A stretch of DNA of 64,000 bases from Halobacteroidaceae bacterium (GCA_003551665.1 PUNE01000022.1:4598-68597); one strand, 5' to 3'; shown: positions 18,093 through 27,355, counted from the first letter of the stretch. Numbers and translations: made by a program. Notes: generated by a model from the sequence alone, not told the origin.

Positions 18093-18631
18093 ATTGCCCC
18101 CTCCTCCTTTTCCTTATCCAATTTAACAACAAGCGCAAACCAGATCCATTCATTACTGCTTCCCTCACTTTTCCTGGTCAGCTCCACCTGCCTTCCCGGA
18201 AAAACCTCTTTGAGGTTTTCTATTAAAGTAACCTTGGTTTCATCTTCCTCCAGATATCCTTCAACAAATATATCTCCACCGGTTTTTACCCGGAAGAAGG
18301 TAACAAAAACCCCTGAAGGAAGCGAAAAGAAAACTTTGCGGGGCAATTCTAAAAAGGAATTTTCTGGAATTCTACTGGAAAAAAAATTTACCCTTTTTCT
18401 TTTTTCCTTCACTTTCACCTTGAGGGCAGGAAGGACAGCAGTTTTCATTTGCAGTTCCGTTTTTTTTCTCTCCCATTTTTCAACTTCCTCCTGCAACCAG
18501 GTAAGCTCCCGGGTCAACTGGGCATTGTTAATAGCAAGAAAAATTAAAACCAGTCCGCCTAAAAACAGTACCACCCCCAGGCAATAATCCTTTTTTTTCT
18601 TTAAGTATCTGGCAAAATCCAGTTTTTCCAT
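18089..18631 (-). CDS. pilN: PilN-like pilus assembly protein
   Basis: ATG 18631 behind GGGAGGGAG gives MEKLDFARYLKKKKDYCLGVVLFLGGLVLIFLAINN...: a basic N-terminus, one TM and a coiled coil, as in PilN. The longer track ORF overlaps pilM by 106 nt. Confidence 0.6.
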   Translation of the reverse strand: MEKLDFARYLKKKKDYCLGVVLFLGGLVLIFLAINNAQLTRELTWLQEEVEKWERKKTELQMKTAVLPALKVKVKEKRKRVNFFSSRIPENSFLELPRKVFFSLPSGVFVTFFRVKTGGDIFVEGYLEEDETKVTLIENLKEVFPGRQVELTRKSEGSSNEWIWFALVVKLDKEKEEGAI

Positions 18632-19518
18632 TTTTTTCTCCCTCCCAGTTTCCCCAACCCAAGGGCAAGAGCAAGCAAAGCCCTTTTTCTTTCGCTTTCC
18701 GGCCATTCTGCTCCAGGAAAAGAAACAGGCAAATTAAATCTTTGGACCAGAAACTCGGAAAAGCCCCCGGCCAGGGTATTACCTCCTGTTAACTCAATTT
18801 TCTCCATTCCCATAGAAACTTCTTCCTGGGGAATATGGATTAGTGCTCTTTCAATTTCCCCGGCCATTCTTTCGAAATCATCGCCAGTTATTTTCCCCCT
18901 GTCATTTAAAGTCCTGATTAAAACCGGTTGCCCCTTCCCAAGAAATAGAAGGGTTGCCCCCCAGCCCCCCCAGTCAATTACCACCTTATTACTCTTATCC
19001 TCTGCAGAAAGAGGAAGAAGAGGAACTGGAGGTAAAGTAATCCTATCAACTCTCCAGCTTCTTCTGCAGGGTAAAGCCTGGAGACAACTAGCAAAAAATT
19101 CCCTGGAAAAGCCAGCAACAGCAACTTTCTGCCTGTTTTTTTCTTTTCTCAGGGCAATAAAATCATACAGAATTTCTTCGGGGGAATAGGGAAGATATCT
19201 GGCAATCTCCCACTTCACCGCCTCCTGCAACTCTTTCTTTTCCAAAAAGGGCAGATCCATAACCATAACCCGCCCCCCTGCTCGGGGCAGAGAAATTCTC
19301 AAAAAACCTTTTTTTAAACCAAGTTTTTGCAGACATTTTTCCAGCAAAAATTTCATCTCTTTTTCATCCTGTATGCCTGTTTCCCCAACCAATCCTGCTG
19401 GAACCTTCTCGATACAATAATTCCCCGGTCGGCCGGAGGGCATAAAAGAAATCATTTTCAGATTGTCCTTTCCCCAATCAACAGTCAGCAAAAAATTCGC
19501 CTCCCAATTGCTATTCAT
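18601..19518 (-). CDS. pilM: PilM-like actin-fold pilus assembly ATPase
   Basis: 305 aa. Two actin-like phosphate-loop segments (LLTVDWGKDNLKMISF, VVIDWGGWGATLLFL). Positioned upstream of pilN/O. Confidence 0.7.
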   Translation of the reverse strand: MNSNWEANFLLTVDWGKDNLKMISFMPSGRPGNYCIEKVPAGLVGETGIQDEKEMKFLLEKCLQKLGLKKGFLRISLPRAGGRVMVMDLPFLEKKELQEAVKWEIARYLPYSPEEILYDFIALRKEKNRQKVAVAGFSREFFASCLQALPCRRSWRVDRITLPPVPLLPLSAEDKSNKVVIDWGGWGATLLFLGKGQPVLIRTLNDRGKITGDDFERMAGEIERALIHIPQEEVSMGMEKIELTGGNTLAGGFSEFLVQRFNLPVSFPGAEWPESERKRALLALALGLGKLGGRKKWKNWILPDT

Positions 19519-19533
19519 TTTTCCTCGAAGGTA

Positions 19534-19926
19534 TCAGGGGAAGCCTTCTTTCCACCAGATAATATTCACTTCCTCCTTTTCCCTATTAACCTCAAATTTT
19601 GCCGTTAAAACCACTTCCCCCTCTTTAAAAACTCCCCGGGAAATAAGGTATTTCCCGCCGTCCTTTTCCCTTCTCTTAAGATAAAAACCCCGCCCTGAAG
19701 TAACCTCAAAAAAACCATCTTCCGGTGTCCAGTCTGGGTTTTTACTCATCATCCAGAAACCCTTGACCAGGCCGGCTTCAGCCAGGTAAAAGAGCTTCTG
19801 TTGTTGAAGATAGTTCCGGGTAATCATCATTTCCTGGCGGCTTTCCCTGTATCCCGCGGCAAGGGTTGTAGCGAATACCAGGCAGACCACCAGCACCGGC
19901 ACAAGAACCGAGCCCTCTTTACCCAT
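19534..19926 (-). CDS. PilX-like minor pilin / pseudopilin (atypical N-terminus)
   Basis: 130 aa. Hydrophobic N-terminal helix GSVLVPVLVVCLVFATTLAAG without the G|F..E cleavage motif, as in PilX/GspK-like proteins. 8-nt overlap with the upstream pseudopilin. Confidence 0.45.
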   Translation of the reverse strand: MGKEGSVLVPVLVVCLVFATTLAAGYRESRQEMMITRNYLQQQKLFYLAEAGLVKGFWMMSKNPDWTPEDGFFEVTSGRGFYLKRREKDGGKYLISRGVFKEGEVVLTAKFEVNREKEEVNIIWWKEGFP

Positions 19927-20404
19927 CAGGGTTCACCTCTCCCCTGGCAAAAACAATTGTTTCCATTGACATTATTCCTTTGCAGATCTTGATTTTTATT
20001 CCCGAAGGGATACTTTTAAAAGAAAGTTCCCCTGCATTCAAACCAATAGACATTCCCGTAAAACGGGTTTGCCCGGGATTTTTTACCCCTTTTAAAATAT
20101 TGTCCCCCCTCTGGTAAAAGGCTATCTTTTTTTCCATGTTATAATTGGGATTGAGTTCTATCCTCCTGTAAATGCCTTCCTCTTCCGGGCCTTCCAGGAG
20201 TTTAACCTTTCCCGGTACTGCCTTTCTAATTTTCCTGGTTATCTCCTCAACTATAACCCTCTGCTGTTGCCTGACGTCAAAGGACCTGCTGGCTTTCTCC
20301 CAGTTTTCTCCCAACCCAACATAAGCTGCGCTTAAACCTGCCCACAAAAAACCTGCCAGCATGATTGCCACAAGGATTTCTACCAGGGTAAAACCCTTTT
20401 TCAT
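19919..20404 (-). CDS. prepilin-type N-terminal cleavage/methylation domain protein (minor pilin)
   Basis: ATG 20404 (ATGA overlap with the upstream stop) gives MKKG|FTLVEILVAIMLAGF..., a canonical class III signal. Confidence 0.7.
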   Translation of the reverse strand: MKKGFTLVEILVAIMLAGFLWAGLSAAYVGLGENWEKASRSFDVRQQQRVIVEEITRKIRKAVPGKVKLLEGPEEEGIYRRIELNPNYNMEKKIAFYQRGDNILKGVKNPGQTRFTGMSIGLNAGELSFKSIPSGIKIKICKGIMSMETIVFARGEVNPDG

Positions 20405-20763
20405 CGGATTTGACTCCCTCGGAAAGGACAATCAGGGTTATAAAAAGTTGCAAGCTCAATTGCTCTCTTTAGTTCACCTTCTTTCCAACTTACCCTGGTT
20501 TTTGCAAGGTAAATCCCTTTTTTTTTCTCCAGGCGGGAAGCAACCCCAAAAAAATCCTCTGCTTTTTTCTCTTCCATTTCTTTTCCTGTTGCAAGCATTT
20601 TTTCCAACTCCTTTTTCCCAAAAATTACTCCCCTGCCCAATCTTTCTGCCTGAGCATCCATGGCTTTCCAGGTCAACCAGCCTTGAGAAATGAAACCAAT
20701 AACCAAAGAAAGCAAAGCCAGAGCCAACAATACTTCCCAGAGAACAAACCCCTTCCTGTCCAG
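20401..20763 (-). CDS. prepilin-type minor pilin (probable CTG start)
   Basis: The frame reads ...L-D-R-K-G|F-V-L-W-E-V-L-L-A-L-A-L-L, a class III signal lying upstream of the first canonical start (TTG 20730). CTG 20763 is 8 nt from GGAGG. Confidence 0.55.
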   Translation of the reverse strand: MDRKGFVLWEVLLALALLSLVIGFISQGWLTWKAMDAQAERLGRGVIFGKKELEKMLATGKEMEEKKAEDFFGVASRLEKKKGIYLAKTRVSWKEGELKRAIELATFYNPDCPFRGSQIR

Positions 20764-20765
20764 TT

Positions 20766-21236
20766 CTATTCCCTCCTTTTTTCCATATTGATTCGGACTC
20801 TCCCCGTCCCCACCCTGGTGATAACTCTGGCCAGGGCTTTTTCTTCTCCCAGAGTTATAGTGTTACCTCTTGAAGGAGCACCGGTTGGAGTAAAGTGAAA
20901 AGCAGGCTGAGCAAGGGAAAAATCTTCCAGGTTAATCCCCCCTTCCATTTTCCTGTCGAGCAAAACGCTGTAGTTTCCCTCCTGCTCTACCTTTACGGCG
21001 TACCTGTCTCGCTCCAGATCCAGCTTGATTACATGGTTCTTCCGGGTCTGAATTGCCCTGCTGCGGGCCCAGCGAAGATCCGTTGCCAGGTGGCGCGCTT
21101 CCTGGCGGAGATGCATCCTTCCCCAGTCCCACCAGGTTCCCACTATAATTGAATACATGGTTCCTACCAGTAGACAGGCAACAACAACTTCCAGAAGTGA
21201 AAACCCTCTATTATTGAGGGTTTTTAATTGGGTCAT
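20766..21236 (-). CDS. GspH/FimT-like minor pseudopilin
   Basis: ATG 21236 behind GGGAGGTG gives MTQLKTLNNRG|FSLLEVVVACLLVG..., with a later RWARSRAIQTRKNHVI segment as in GspH/FimT. Confidence 0.7.
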   Translation of the reverse strand: MTQLKTLNNRGFSLLEVVVACLLVGTMYSIIVGTWWDWGRMHLRQEARHLATDLRWARSRAIQTRKNHVIKLDLERDRYAVKVEQEGNYSVLLDRKMEGGINLEDFSLAQPAFHFTPTGAPSRGNTITLGEEKALARVITRVGTGRVRINMEKRRE

Positions 21237-21313
21237 TGCCAAACACCTCCCGCGGGAAATCCACGTCTATAAAATGCCCTTTTCCAACCACAGGGAATCC
21301 ATAACCTAAAAGG

Positions 21314-22534
21314 CTACCAGACCTGAACCATCTCCAGCATCGGCAGAACCATTCCCACCATAATAATCCCTACGAGACCCGCAACCAGTAAAATGAGCAA
21401 GGGTTCCAAAAAAGAAATCTTATTTTTTATCCACCTCTCAGCCTCTCCCTCGTAATACAAACCAGCCTGAGTTGCCATATCTTCCAATTTTCCTGTCTCT
21501 TCCCCAATTCGCAGCATGCTGATTAAGAAATGAGCATAACCAAACCATTTTTCTACTCCTTTGGAAAGGGGTTCCCCCGCCTCCACTTCCCTTTTTACTT
21601 TTTCCATTCTTTCTCTCAAGAAAAGGTTCCCTGTTTGCTGGACAATCATTTCTACACACCTGTCCAGATTCAACCCTGCCCTCAATAATAACCCCAGGAT
21701 ACTTGCGAATCTGGCCAGGAAAACCTTTCTTGTCAGACAAAACCTTGTCTTTTGAAAATCAAAAAACGCTTTTATTCTTCCAGAAAACTTCTTAAAACGA
21801 AAAACCAGAACCAATGTTAAAAAGAATAATAAACCAAAAGGGAAATACTCCCTAAATAAATTGCTTGTTGTAATAATCCGTCGAGTAAAAAGCGGCAATT
21901 CCTGGCCGTAATCAAGGTAAAGACCGGAAAAGTAGGGGAGAACATTGAAAAGAAGAAAGGCCATTACCCCGGATGCCACGGCAAGAACAAAAAGGGGATA
22001 ACGCAGGGCCCCGCTGACTTCTCTTTTCAGATGCAATTTCCGCTCCAGGTAATCAGAAGTGCTTTCCAGTATTTCCGGTGTAAGCCCGGTTTCTTCCCCG
22101 GTTTTTACCATCTGCAGAAAGAATTCGGGAAATAACTGCCTTTGTTCAGAAAGTCCTGCATAAAAAGAATAGCCCTGCACAATCCTGTTCTTTATGTTTT
22201 CCAGAGCTTTTTTTTCTTTTTTTCCCCCTGCCTGTTGAGCCAATAATCCAAGGCCTTTTGCCAGGGGCAAACCTCCTTTTAGTAGTGTTGCCAGTTGACG
22301 GCAAAATACAAGCAATTTTTCTTCATCCCATTTACCCTCAACTCCAAACCCAATTTCCAGCCTGCGGACCCTTTTAAGCCTTATTACCAGAATACCTTTT
22401 CCCCTTAGCTTTTCCAGAACCTCCTTTGGACCTTCCGCCTGGATTTTTCCCTCTACCCGTTCCCCCTCGGGGGTCATTCCCTTATACCAAAAAGGAAATT
22501 CTTTTGGTCCCCGCCTATTTTCCCGATGAAACAA
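21314..22534 (-). CDS. pilC: type IV pilus platform protein PilC (GspF family)
   Basis: 406 aa with two T2SS-F repeats and three TM segments. N-terminal FPFWYKGMTPEGERVEGKIQAEG is typical of PilC. TTG start behind GGGAGGTG. Confidence 0.9.
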   Translation of the reverse strand: MFHRENRRGPKEFPFWYKGMTPEGERVEGKIQAEGPKEVLEKLRGKGILVIRLKRVRRLEIGFGVEGKWDEEKLLVFCRQLATLLKGGLPLAKGLGLLAQQAGGKKEKKALENIKNRIVQGYSFYAGLSEQRQLFPEFFLQMVKTGEETGLTPEILESTSDYLERKLHLKREVSGALRYPLFVLAVASGVMAFLLFNVLPYFSGLYLDYGQELPLFTRRIITTSNLFREYFPFGLLFFLTLVLVFRFKKFSGRIKAFFDFQKTRFCLTRKVFLARFASILGLLLRAGLNLDRCVEMIVQQTGNLFLRERMEKVKREVEAGEPLSKGVEKWFGYAHFLISMLRIGEETGKLEDMATQAGLYYEGEAERWIKNKISFLEPLLILLVAGLVGIIMVGMVLPMLEMVQVW

Positions 22535-24116
22535 CCCTGAGCACCTCCCTTAAAGAGGTCTCCCCCCGTTCAACCTTTTTCAATCCAACACTTCTCAGAT
22601 TTTCTTCCATTATTCCTGTTGAAACTTTTTTTAATTCCCATCCGGGTTTTTTCTGGACCACTTTTTCCCGCAAATCATCGTTTGGAAATAGAATTTCTGC
22701 AACTGCTGTTCTTCCCCGGTACCCGGTTCCATAGCAGGAGGAGCAGCCCACTTCTTCCCCGATTTTTTCCGCTTCCATTCCCAGAGAGGTTATTCTTTTT
22801 TGTGTCCAGGGATCTGGCCTACCCCTAAAAGAACAATCCGGACACAACCTTCGAACAAGTCTCTGTCCCATTATTCCACTTACCGTGGAAGCCACCAGGT
22901 AGGGTTCAATACCCATTTCCAAAAGCCTGATCAGGGCAGAAGGGGCATCATGGGTATGCAGGGTGCTCAAAACAAGGTGCCCTGTCAAAGCAGCATTTAC
23001 TGCTATTCTTGCAGTTTCTCCATCCCTAATTTCACCCACCATTATTACATCAGGGTCCTGGCGGAGAATTGAACGAAGAAGTGAAGCAAAAGTCAGTCCA
23101 ATTCTGGGATTGACCTGTATCTGGTTCACTGCCGGCAGAATATATTCAATGGGATCCTCTGCGGTTGTTATATTGATATTTCGTCCCTGTAATTCCCGGA
23201 GCATGGAAAAGAGGGTTGTTGTCTTCCCACTTCCCGTGGGACCAACTACCAGAAAAATTCCCTCCCGGAGTTCGAGCATTTTCCTGAGCTTTTTTTCCTG
23301 CTTCTTTTCCAGGCCCAGTTTGTTTATCGGAGGTATTGCAAATCTGTCCAGGATTCTGATTGCCATTTTTTCCCCGTGGTAGGCTGGAAGGGTAGAAAGA
23401 CGTAAATCCCGGTCCCGATCTCTTTCCAGTTTTAAACGCCCATCCTGGGGGCGTCTCTTTTCCCCAATGTCCATTCCCCCCAGGACTTTTAACCGGGAGA
23501 TTAAAAAAGGATGGACCTTTTGGGGAATGGAAAATCCTTTTTCCATCACCCCGTCCACCCTATAACGTACAAGGACCTCTTTCCCACCCGGCTCAAGATG
23601 AATATCGCTGGCCTCTCGCCGGAGGGCTTCCTGAATAACCCGGTCGGCAAGTTCCACAACAGTCTCTTCTTCCCGCCCAGAATAAACCAGGTCTATCATC
23701 CTGTTTATTTCCGAATCTTCCCCTACATAAACCTTAACTTCTCCTTCCAGTGTCCCCCGCAAGTTATCCTGCACAGAAATATCCCGAGGATCTGCAACTG
23801 CAATTTTAAAAATTTCCCCTTGCCGTTCAAAAACCAGAGCCCGGCATTGCCGGGCTTTTGCTTCTGGTAAACATCTTGCCACGGCAGAAACTGGCATTTC
23901 CTGCTGCAAATCAACAAAAGGTAAATCAAACTGACAGGCAAGAGCCTGTGCCAGTTCCTTTTCATTAATTGCACCCATTTCAACCAGGATTGAGCCAATC
24001 AGCCTGTGGGGCGAATTATTCCTCTGGAAGGAAAGAGCTTTATTTAATTGTTCCTCCTCGATAAAACCCATTTCACAAAGGATTTTTCCCAGTTTTTTTC
24101 GGCGTTGCATTTTCAT
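22515..24116 (-). CDS. pilB: type IV pilus assembly ATPase PilB (GspE family) with MshEN-type N-domain
   Basis: 533 aa. Walker A GPTGSGKTTT, Walker B/Asp box DPDVIMVGEIRD, His box TGHLVLSTLH, tetracysteine CPDC...CSSC. The N-terminus carries two tandem (R/K)LG..L...G.I....L...L..Q motifs. Confidence 0.9.
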   Translation of the reverse strand: MKMQRRKKLGKILCEMGFIEEEQLNKALSFQRNNSPHRLIGSILVEMGAINEKELAQALACQFDLPFVDLQQEMPVSAVARCLPEAKARQCRALVFERQGEIFKIAVADPRDISVQDNLRGTLEGEVKVYVGEDSEINRMIDLVYSGREEETVVELADRVIQEALRREASDIHLEPGGKEVLVRYRVDGVMEKGFSIPQKVHPFLISRLKVLGGMDIGEKRRPQDGRLKLERDRDRDLRLSTLPAYHGEKMAIRILDRFAIPPINKLGLEKKQEKKLRKMLELREGIFLVVGPTGSGKTTTLFSMLRELQGRNINITTAEDPIEYILPAVNQIQVNPRIGLTFASLLRSILRQDPDVIMVGEIRDGETARIAVNAALTGHLVLSTLHTHDAPSALIRLLEMGIEPYLVASTVSGIMGQRLVRRLCPDCSFRGRPDPWTQKRITSLGMEAEKIGEEVGCSSCYGTGYRGRTAVAEILFPNDDLREKVVQKKPGWELKKVSTGIMEENLRSVGLKKVERGETSLREVLRVVSSGK

Positions 24117-24175
24117 TCCCCGTTAAGCTTTTACTATTAGATTCAATAACTGGAAAAAATTTCCTTCTTTTTTGG

Positions 24176-25195
24176 TTAAATTGTTTCCATAATTTTCACA
24201 GCCCTGAATATTTCCTCCTGGCTTACGTCCTGATGTGTAACCAGCCTGATTGAAGCAGGGCCAAAAGGATTTACAAGAAGCCCATTTTCTTTCATACGGT
24301 TAACTACTTCCTGAATAGAGTCCCCTCCCAAATAACGCCCCACAACAATATTTGATTCCACTGGAAAATCAAGGCGGAAGTTGTCCATCTTTTCTATGGC
24401 TCCTGCAAGTATTCGGGCCAGTTGATGATCTCGGGCCAATCGCTCTTCAACACCATCGAGAGCGAAAAGTCCTGCTGCTGCAAGGATCCCTGCCTGCCGC
24501 ATCCCACCGCCAAGAATCTTCCTGACCTTTCTGGCCTGTTCAATAAATTCTTCAGAACCGCAGAGCAGCGAACCAACGGGCGCCCCCAGTCCCTTGGAAA
24601 GGCAGAAAGACAGGGAATCAAAATCCGCAACAAGTACATCAGGGGTCAACTCAAGGGCAACAGCAGCGTTAAAGATTCTGGCTCCGTCCAGATGGGTTGG
24701 AATATTCGCTTTTCTGCAGATTTCCAGATGAGGCGCCAGTTCCTCGGGGGCAAAAACCCTTCCTCCGGCCCGGTTATGGGTATTTTCAAAGGTTACCAGG
24801 GTGGTCCTTGGAAAATGAATATTTTCACCCCTGATTGCCCCTTCCAGATCATCTGGTGAGAAAAGTCCCCTTTCCCCTTTTAAAACATGGGTCTGAACTC
24901 CACAAAGACGTCCAAGGCCACCGGCTTCATAAAGAAAGATATGGCTGGTTATCTCGGTTATTATTTCATCTCCTGGACTGGTATGGACCATGGCAGCAAT
25001 CTGGTTGGCCATTGTTCCCGAAGGAACAAAAAGGGCTGCCTGTTTACCCATAATTTCTGCTCCGGTTTTTTCCAGGCGGTTAATGGACGGGTCTTCCCCG
25101 TAAACATCATCGCCAACTTCAGCCCTGGCAATTACCTGCCTCATTTTCTCAGTTGGCCGGGTAAGGGTATCGCTTCTCAGATCAATTATTTGCAT
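24176..25195 (-). CDS. ltaE: low-specificity L-threonine aldolase
   Basis: 339 aa: DLRSDTLTRPT..M, PSGTMANQ, and the PLP-Lys block SFCLSKGLGAPVGS. Confidence 0.85.
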   Translation of the reverse strand: MQIIDLRSDTLTRPTEKMRQVIARAEVGDDVYGEDPSINRLEKTGAEIMGKQAALFVPSGTMANQIAAMVHTSPGDEIITEITSHIFLYEAGGLGRLCGVQTHVLKGERGLFSPDDLEGAIRGENIHFPRTTLVTFENTHNRAGGRVFAPEELAPHLEICRKANIPTHLDGARIFNAAVALELTPDVLVADFDSLSFCLSKGLGAPVGSLLCGSEEFIEQARKVRKILGGGMRQAGILAAAGLFALDGVEERLARDHQLARILAGAIEKMDNFRLDFPVESNIVVGRYLGGDSIQEVVNRMKENGLLVNPFGPASIRLVTHQDVSQEEIFRAVKIMETI

Positions 25196-25285
25196 ATTAT
25201 CACTCCCGTTTTCTCGATCTATTTGATTAATGTTTTATTAAATTAGTCTTTTCCTTGTTTTTCCCTTTTTTTCTGAGAAAGAACT

Positions 25286-27355
25286 TTACTTCTCCCGGTA
25301 GTACTCGAACCAAGCCACAAGTCTGTTGAATAGGTCCTCCCGGTGCTTGGGCTGCCGCAAACCGTGAAATTCCCCGGGATAACGTATCATGGTCACTTCT
25401 TTTCCAAGTCTTTTTAAGGCTATAAAAAATTCTTCGCTCTGACCCGGAGGACAGCGCATATCATTCTCTCCATGCATTAAGAGCATCGGAGTTTTTACAT
25501 TCTTCACGTGGGCAAGGGGAGATTGTTTCATTAAGTGAAGCGGATCTTCCCAGGGTTGACTGCCGTATTCCCATTCGTCTGAGAGTGTTATATCCGATGT
25601 TCCATAGCCGCTGAGCATATTACTGACTGAAGCCCCTGCGCAGATGGCTTTAAAGCGGTCAGTCTGTGTCGGAAGCCAGCAGGCCATATATCCCCCATAA
25701 GACCAGCCGTGGGCAAAAATGTTTCCTTCGTCAATATTGCCTCTGGCAACCACAGCATCTACCCCGGCCATAACATCTTCATAATCAAGATTTCCCCAGT
25801 CTCCGTCAATGCAACTTGCAAATGCCTGCCCATAGGTTTCGCTTCCCCGGGGGTTCGGAAGAAAAACTGCATAACCCATGCTGGCAAAAAGCTGCGCCCT
25901 GAACATAAAAGATGGTCCGTAAGCTCCGTGGGGTCCTCCATGGATAAATAAGAGCAGGGGGTGTTGCCCTCCCCCGGAGGGGTAATAAACCCAGCCCTGG
26001 ATTTCTTCTCCGTCCTTACTCTTATAATTTATTTCCTCGGGTTTAAAAACTTCTCTTTCTTCGAAAAAGGCACCGTTTAAATCCGTAAGCTTTTCTTCCT
26101 TGCCTCCCTGGAGCCGATAGATCTCATCTAACTGATGTCCGGTTGCCGAGGCGAAAATCAAACCCTGAGAATTGACATGGAAGCCTGTAACAACGCGGTT
26201 CCTTTCAAAAAGAACCTTCTCCATCTCTCCGCAAGAATTAACCCGAAAGAGTCCTGGAACCCCGTTATCTGTCAGGAGAAAATAAATCCACTCCTCCACA
26301 CTGAAAATGAATTCACCTTTTCCTGCTCGGGGTTCGGACTGCACATAAGCCCCTACAGGTCGGTCAATTTCAGCCAGCAGGTTCCGGGCCTGCCCTTTCC
26401 CCAATGGCTGGGGTTTTTCTCCACTTTTTATTCTCTCCAAAAAGCCTCCCACTTCCAATTGCCAGAGGTGATTGGTTGTAGAAAGACCTTCCTTTAGATC
26501 ATTTCCTGCAAAATATAGATAGTTTCCACATGTTGACCAGCAGGGTTTAAAAACCGGACCGGGCCCCCGGTACAGGGTATAGACCTCTTCCTTCTTGGTA
26601 TCCCAGAGCAAAATATCCTTTTTAGGATCAAGCCCCTCAGGATCATCATAATTGGCCACAATTGCCAGAAAACGGCCAGAAGAATCAATTGCATGGTCTT
26701 CGTGGGAAAAATCTCCCCGGGTTATTTTTTTTACCTCGGGCTTTTTTTCAGGATCCTCAGGCAGAATTAATTGATAGATTTGCTGAACCTTGTGCCCCAG
26801 GTAACCGATCCCATCAAAACGATATTTAAAGGTATTAATAACCTTAACCTTATTCTCTTTTTTTTCTTTTTCTTTGTCCTTGTCCTTCTCCTGCAGATGG
26901 GATTCTTCAATCTGCTTAATGCGTTTACTATCTTCTGGGGGTGAACCAGGATATGGTTGCCAGTTTTCTTCTTTACAAAATTCATTCGCGGAAAAAATAA
27001 TGCTCTTCCCATCGGGATGCCAGAAAAAAGAATTCACATCCTGTGCAGTTTCCAGATGAACGGGTTCTCCACCCTCCAGAAACATTAAAAAAAGCTGAGG
27101 ACGGTCATTGCGATCAGATAAAAAGGCAATTTTCTTCCCGTCAGGAGAAAAGGCGGGTGAACGATCCTTTCCTGAGAAAGTTATCGGCCTCGACTCTCCT
27201 TTTTCCCATAGAAAAATCCGGGTTTTGGTTTTATCCTCTTCCCGGTCTACTGATTGAACGGTAAAAACCACTTTTTTACCATCCGGAGATAACTCAAAGC
27301 TCCCCGGACATTTTAAGGAAAAAAAATCATTAACTTTCCACGGCTTTTTTCCCAT
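25286..27355 (-). CDS. S9-family serine peptidase (acylaminoacyl/prolyl oligopeptidase-like)
   Basis: 689 aa. N-terminal PD40/TolB-like propeller repeats (LSPDGKKVVF, FSPDGKKIAF) and a C-terminal catalytic domain with nucleophile elbow HGWSYGG and LLMHGENDMRCP. Confidence 0.85.
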   Translation of the reverse strand: MGKKPWKVNDFFSLKCPGSFELSPDGKKVVFTVQSVDREEDKTKTRIFLWEKGESRPITFSGKDRSPAFSPDGKKIAFLSDRNDRPQLFLMFLEGGEPVHLETAQDVNSFFWHPDGKSIIFSANEFCKEENWQPYPGSPPEDSKRIKQIEESHLQEKDKDKEKEKKENKVKVINTFKYRFDGIGYLGHKVQQIYQLILPEDPEKKPEVKKITRGDFSHEDHAIDSSGRFLAIVANYDDPEGLDPKKDILLWDTKKEEVYTLYRGPGPVFKPCWSTCGNYLYFAGNDLKEGLSTTNHLWQLEVGGFLERIKSGEKPQPLGKGQARNLLAEIDRPVGAYVQSEPRAGKGEFIFSVEEWIYFLLTDNGVPGLFRVNSCGEMEKVLFERNRVVTGFHVNSQGLIFASATGHQLDEIYRLQGGKEEKLTDLNGAFFEEREVFKPEEINYKSKDGEEIQGWVYYPSGGGQHPLLLFIHGGPHGAYGPSFMFRAQLFASMGYAVFLPNPRGSETYGQAFASCIDGDWGNLDYEDVMAGVDAVVARGNIDEGNIFAHGWSYGGYMACWLPTQTDRFKAICAGASVSNMLSGYGTSDITLSDEWEYGSQPWEDPLHLMKQSPLAHVKNVKTPMLLMHGENDMRCPPGQSEEFFIALKRLGKEVTMIRYPGEFHGLRQPKHREDLFNRLVAWFEYYREK

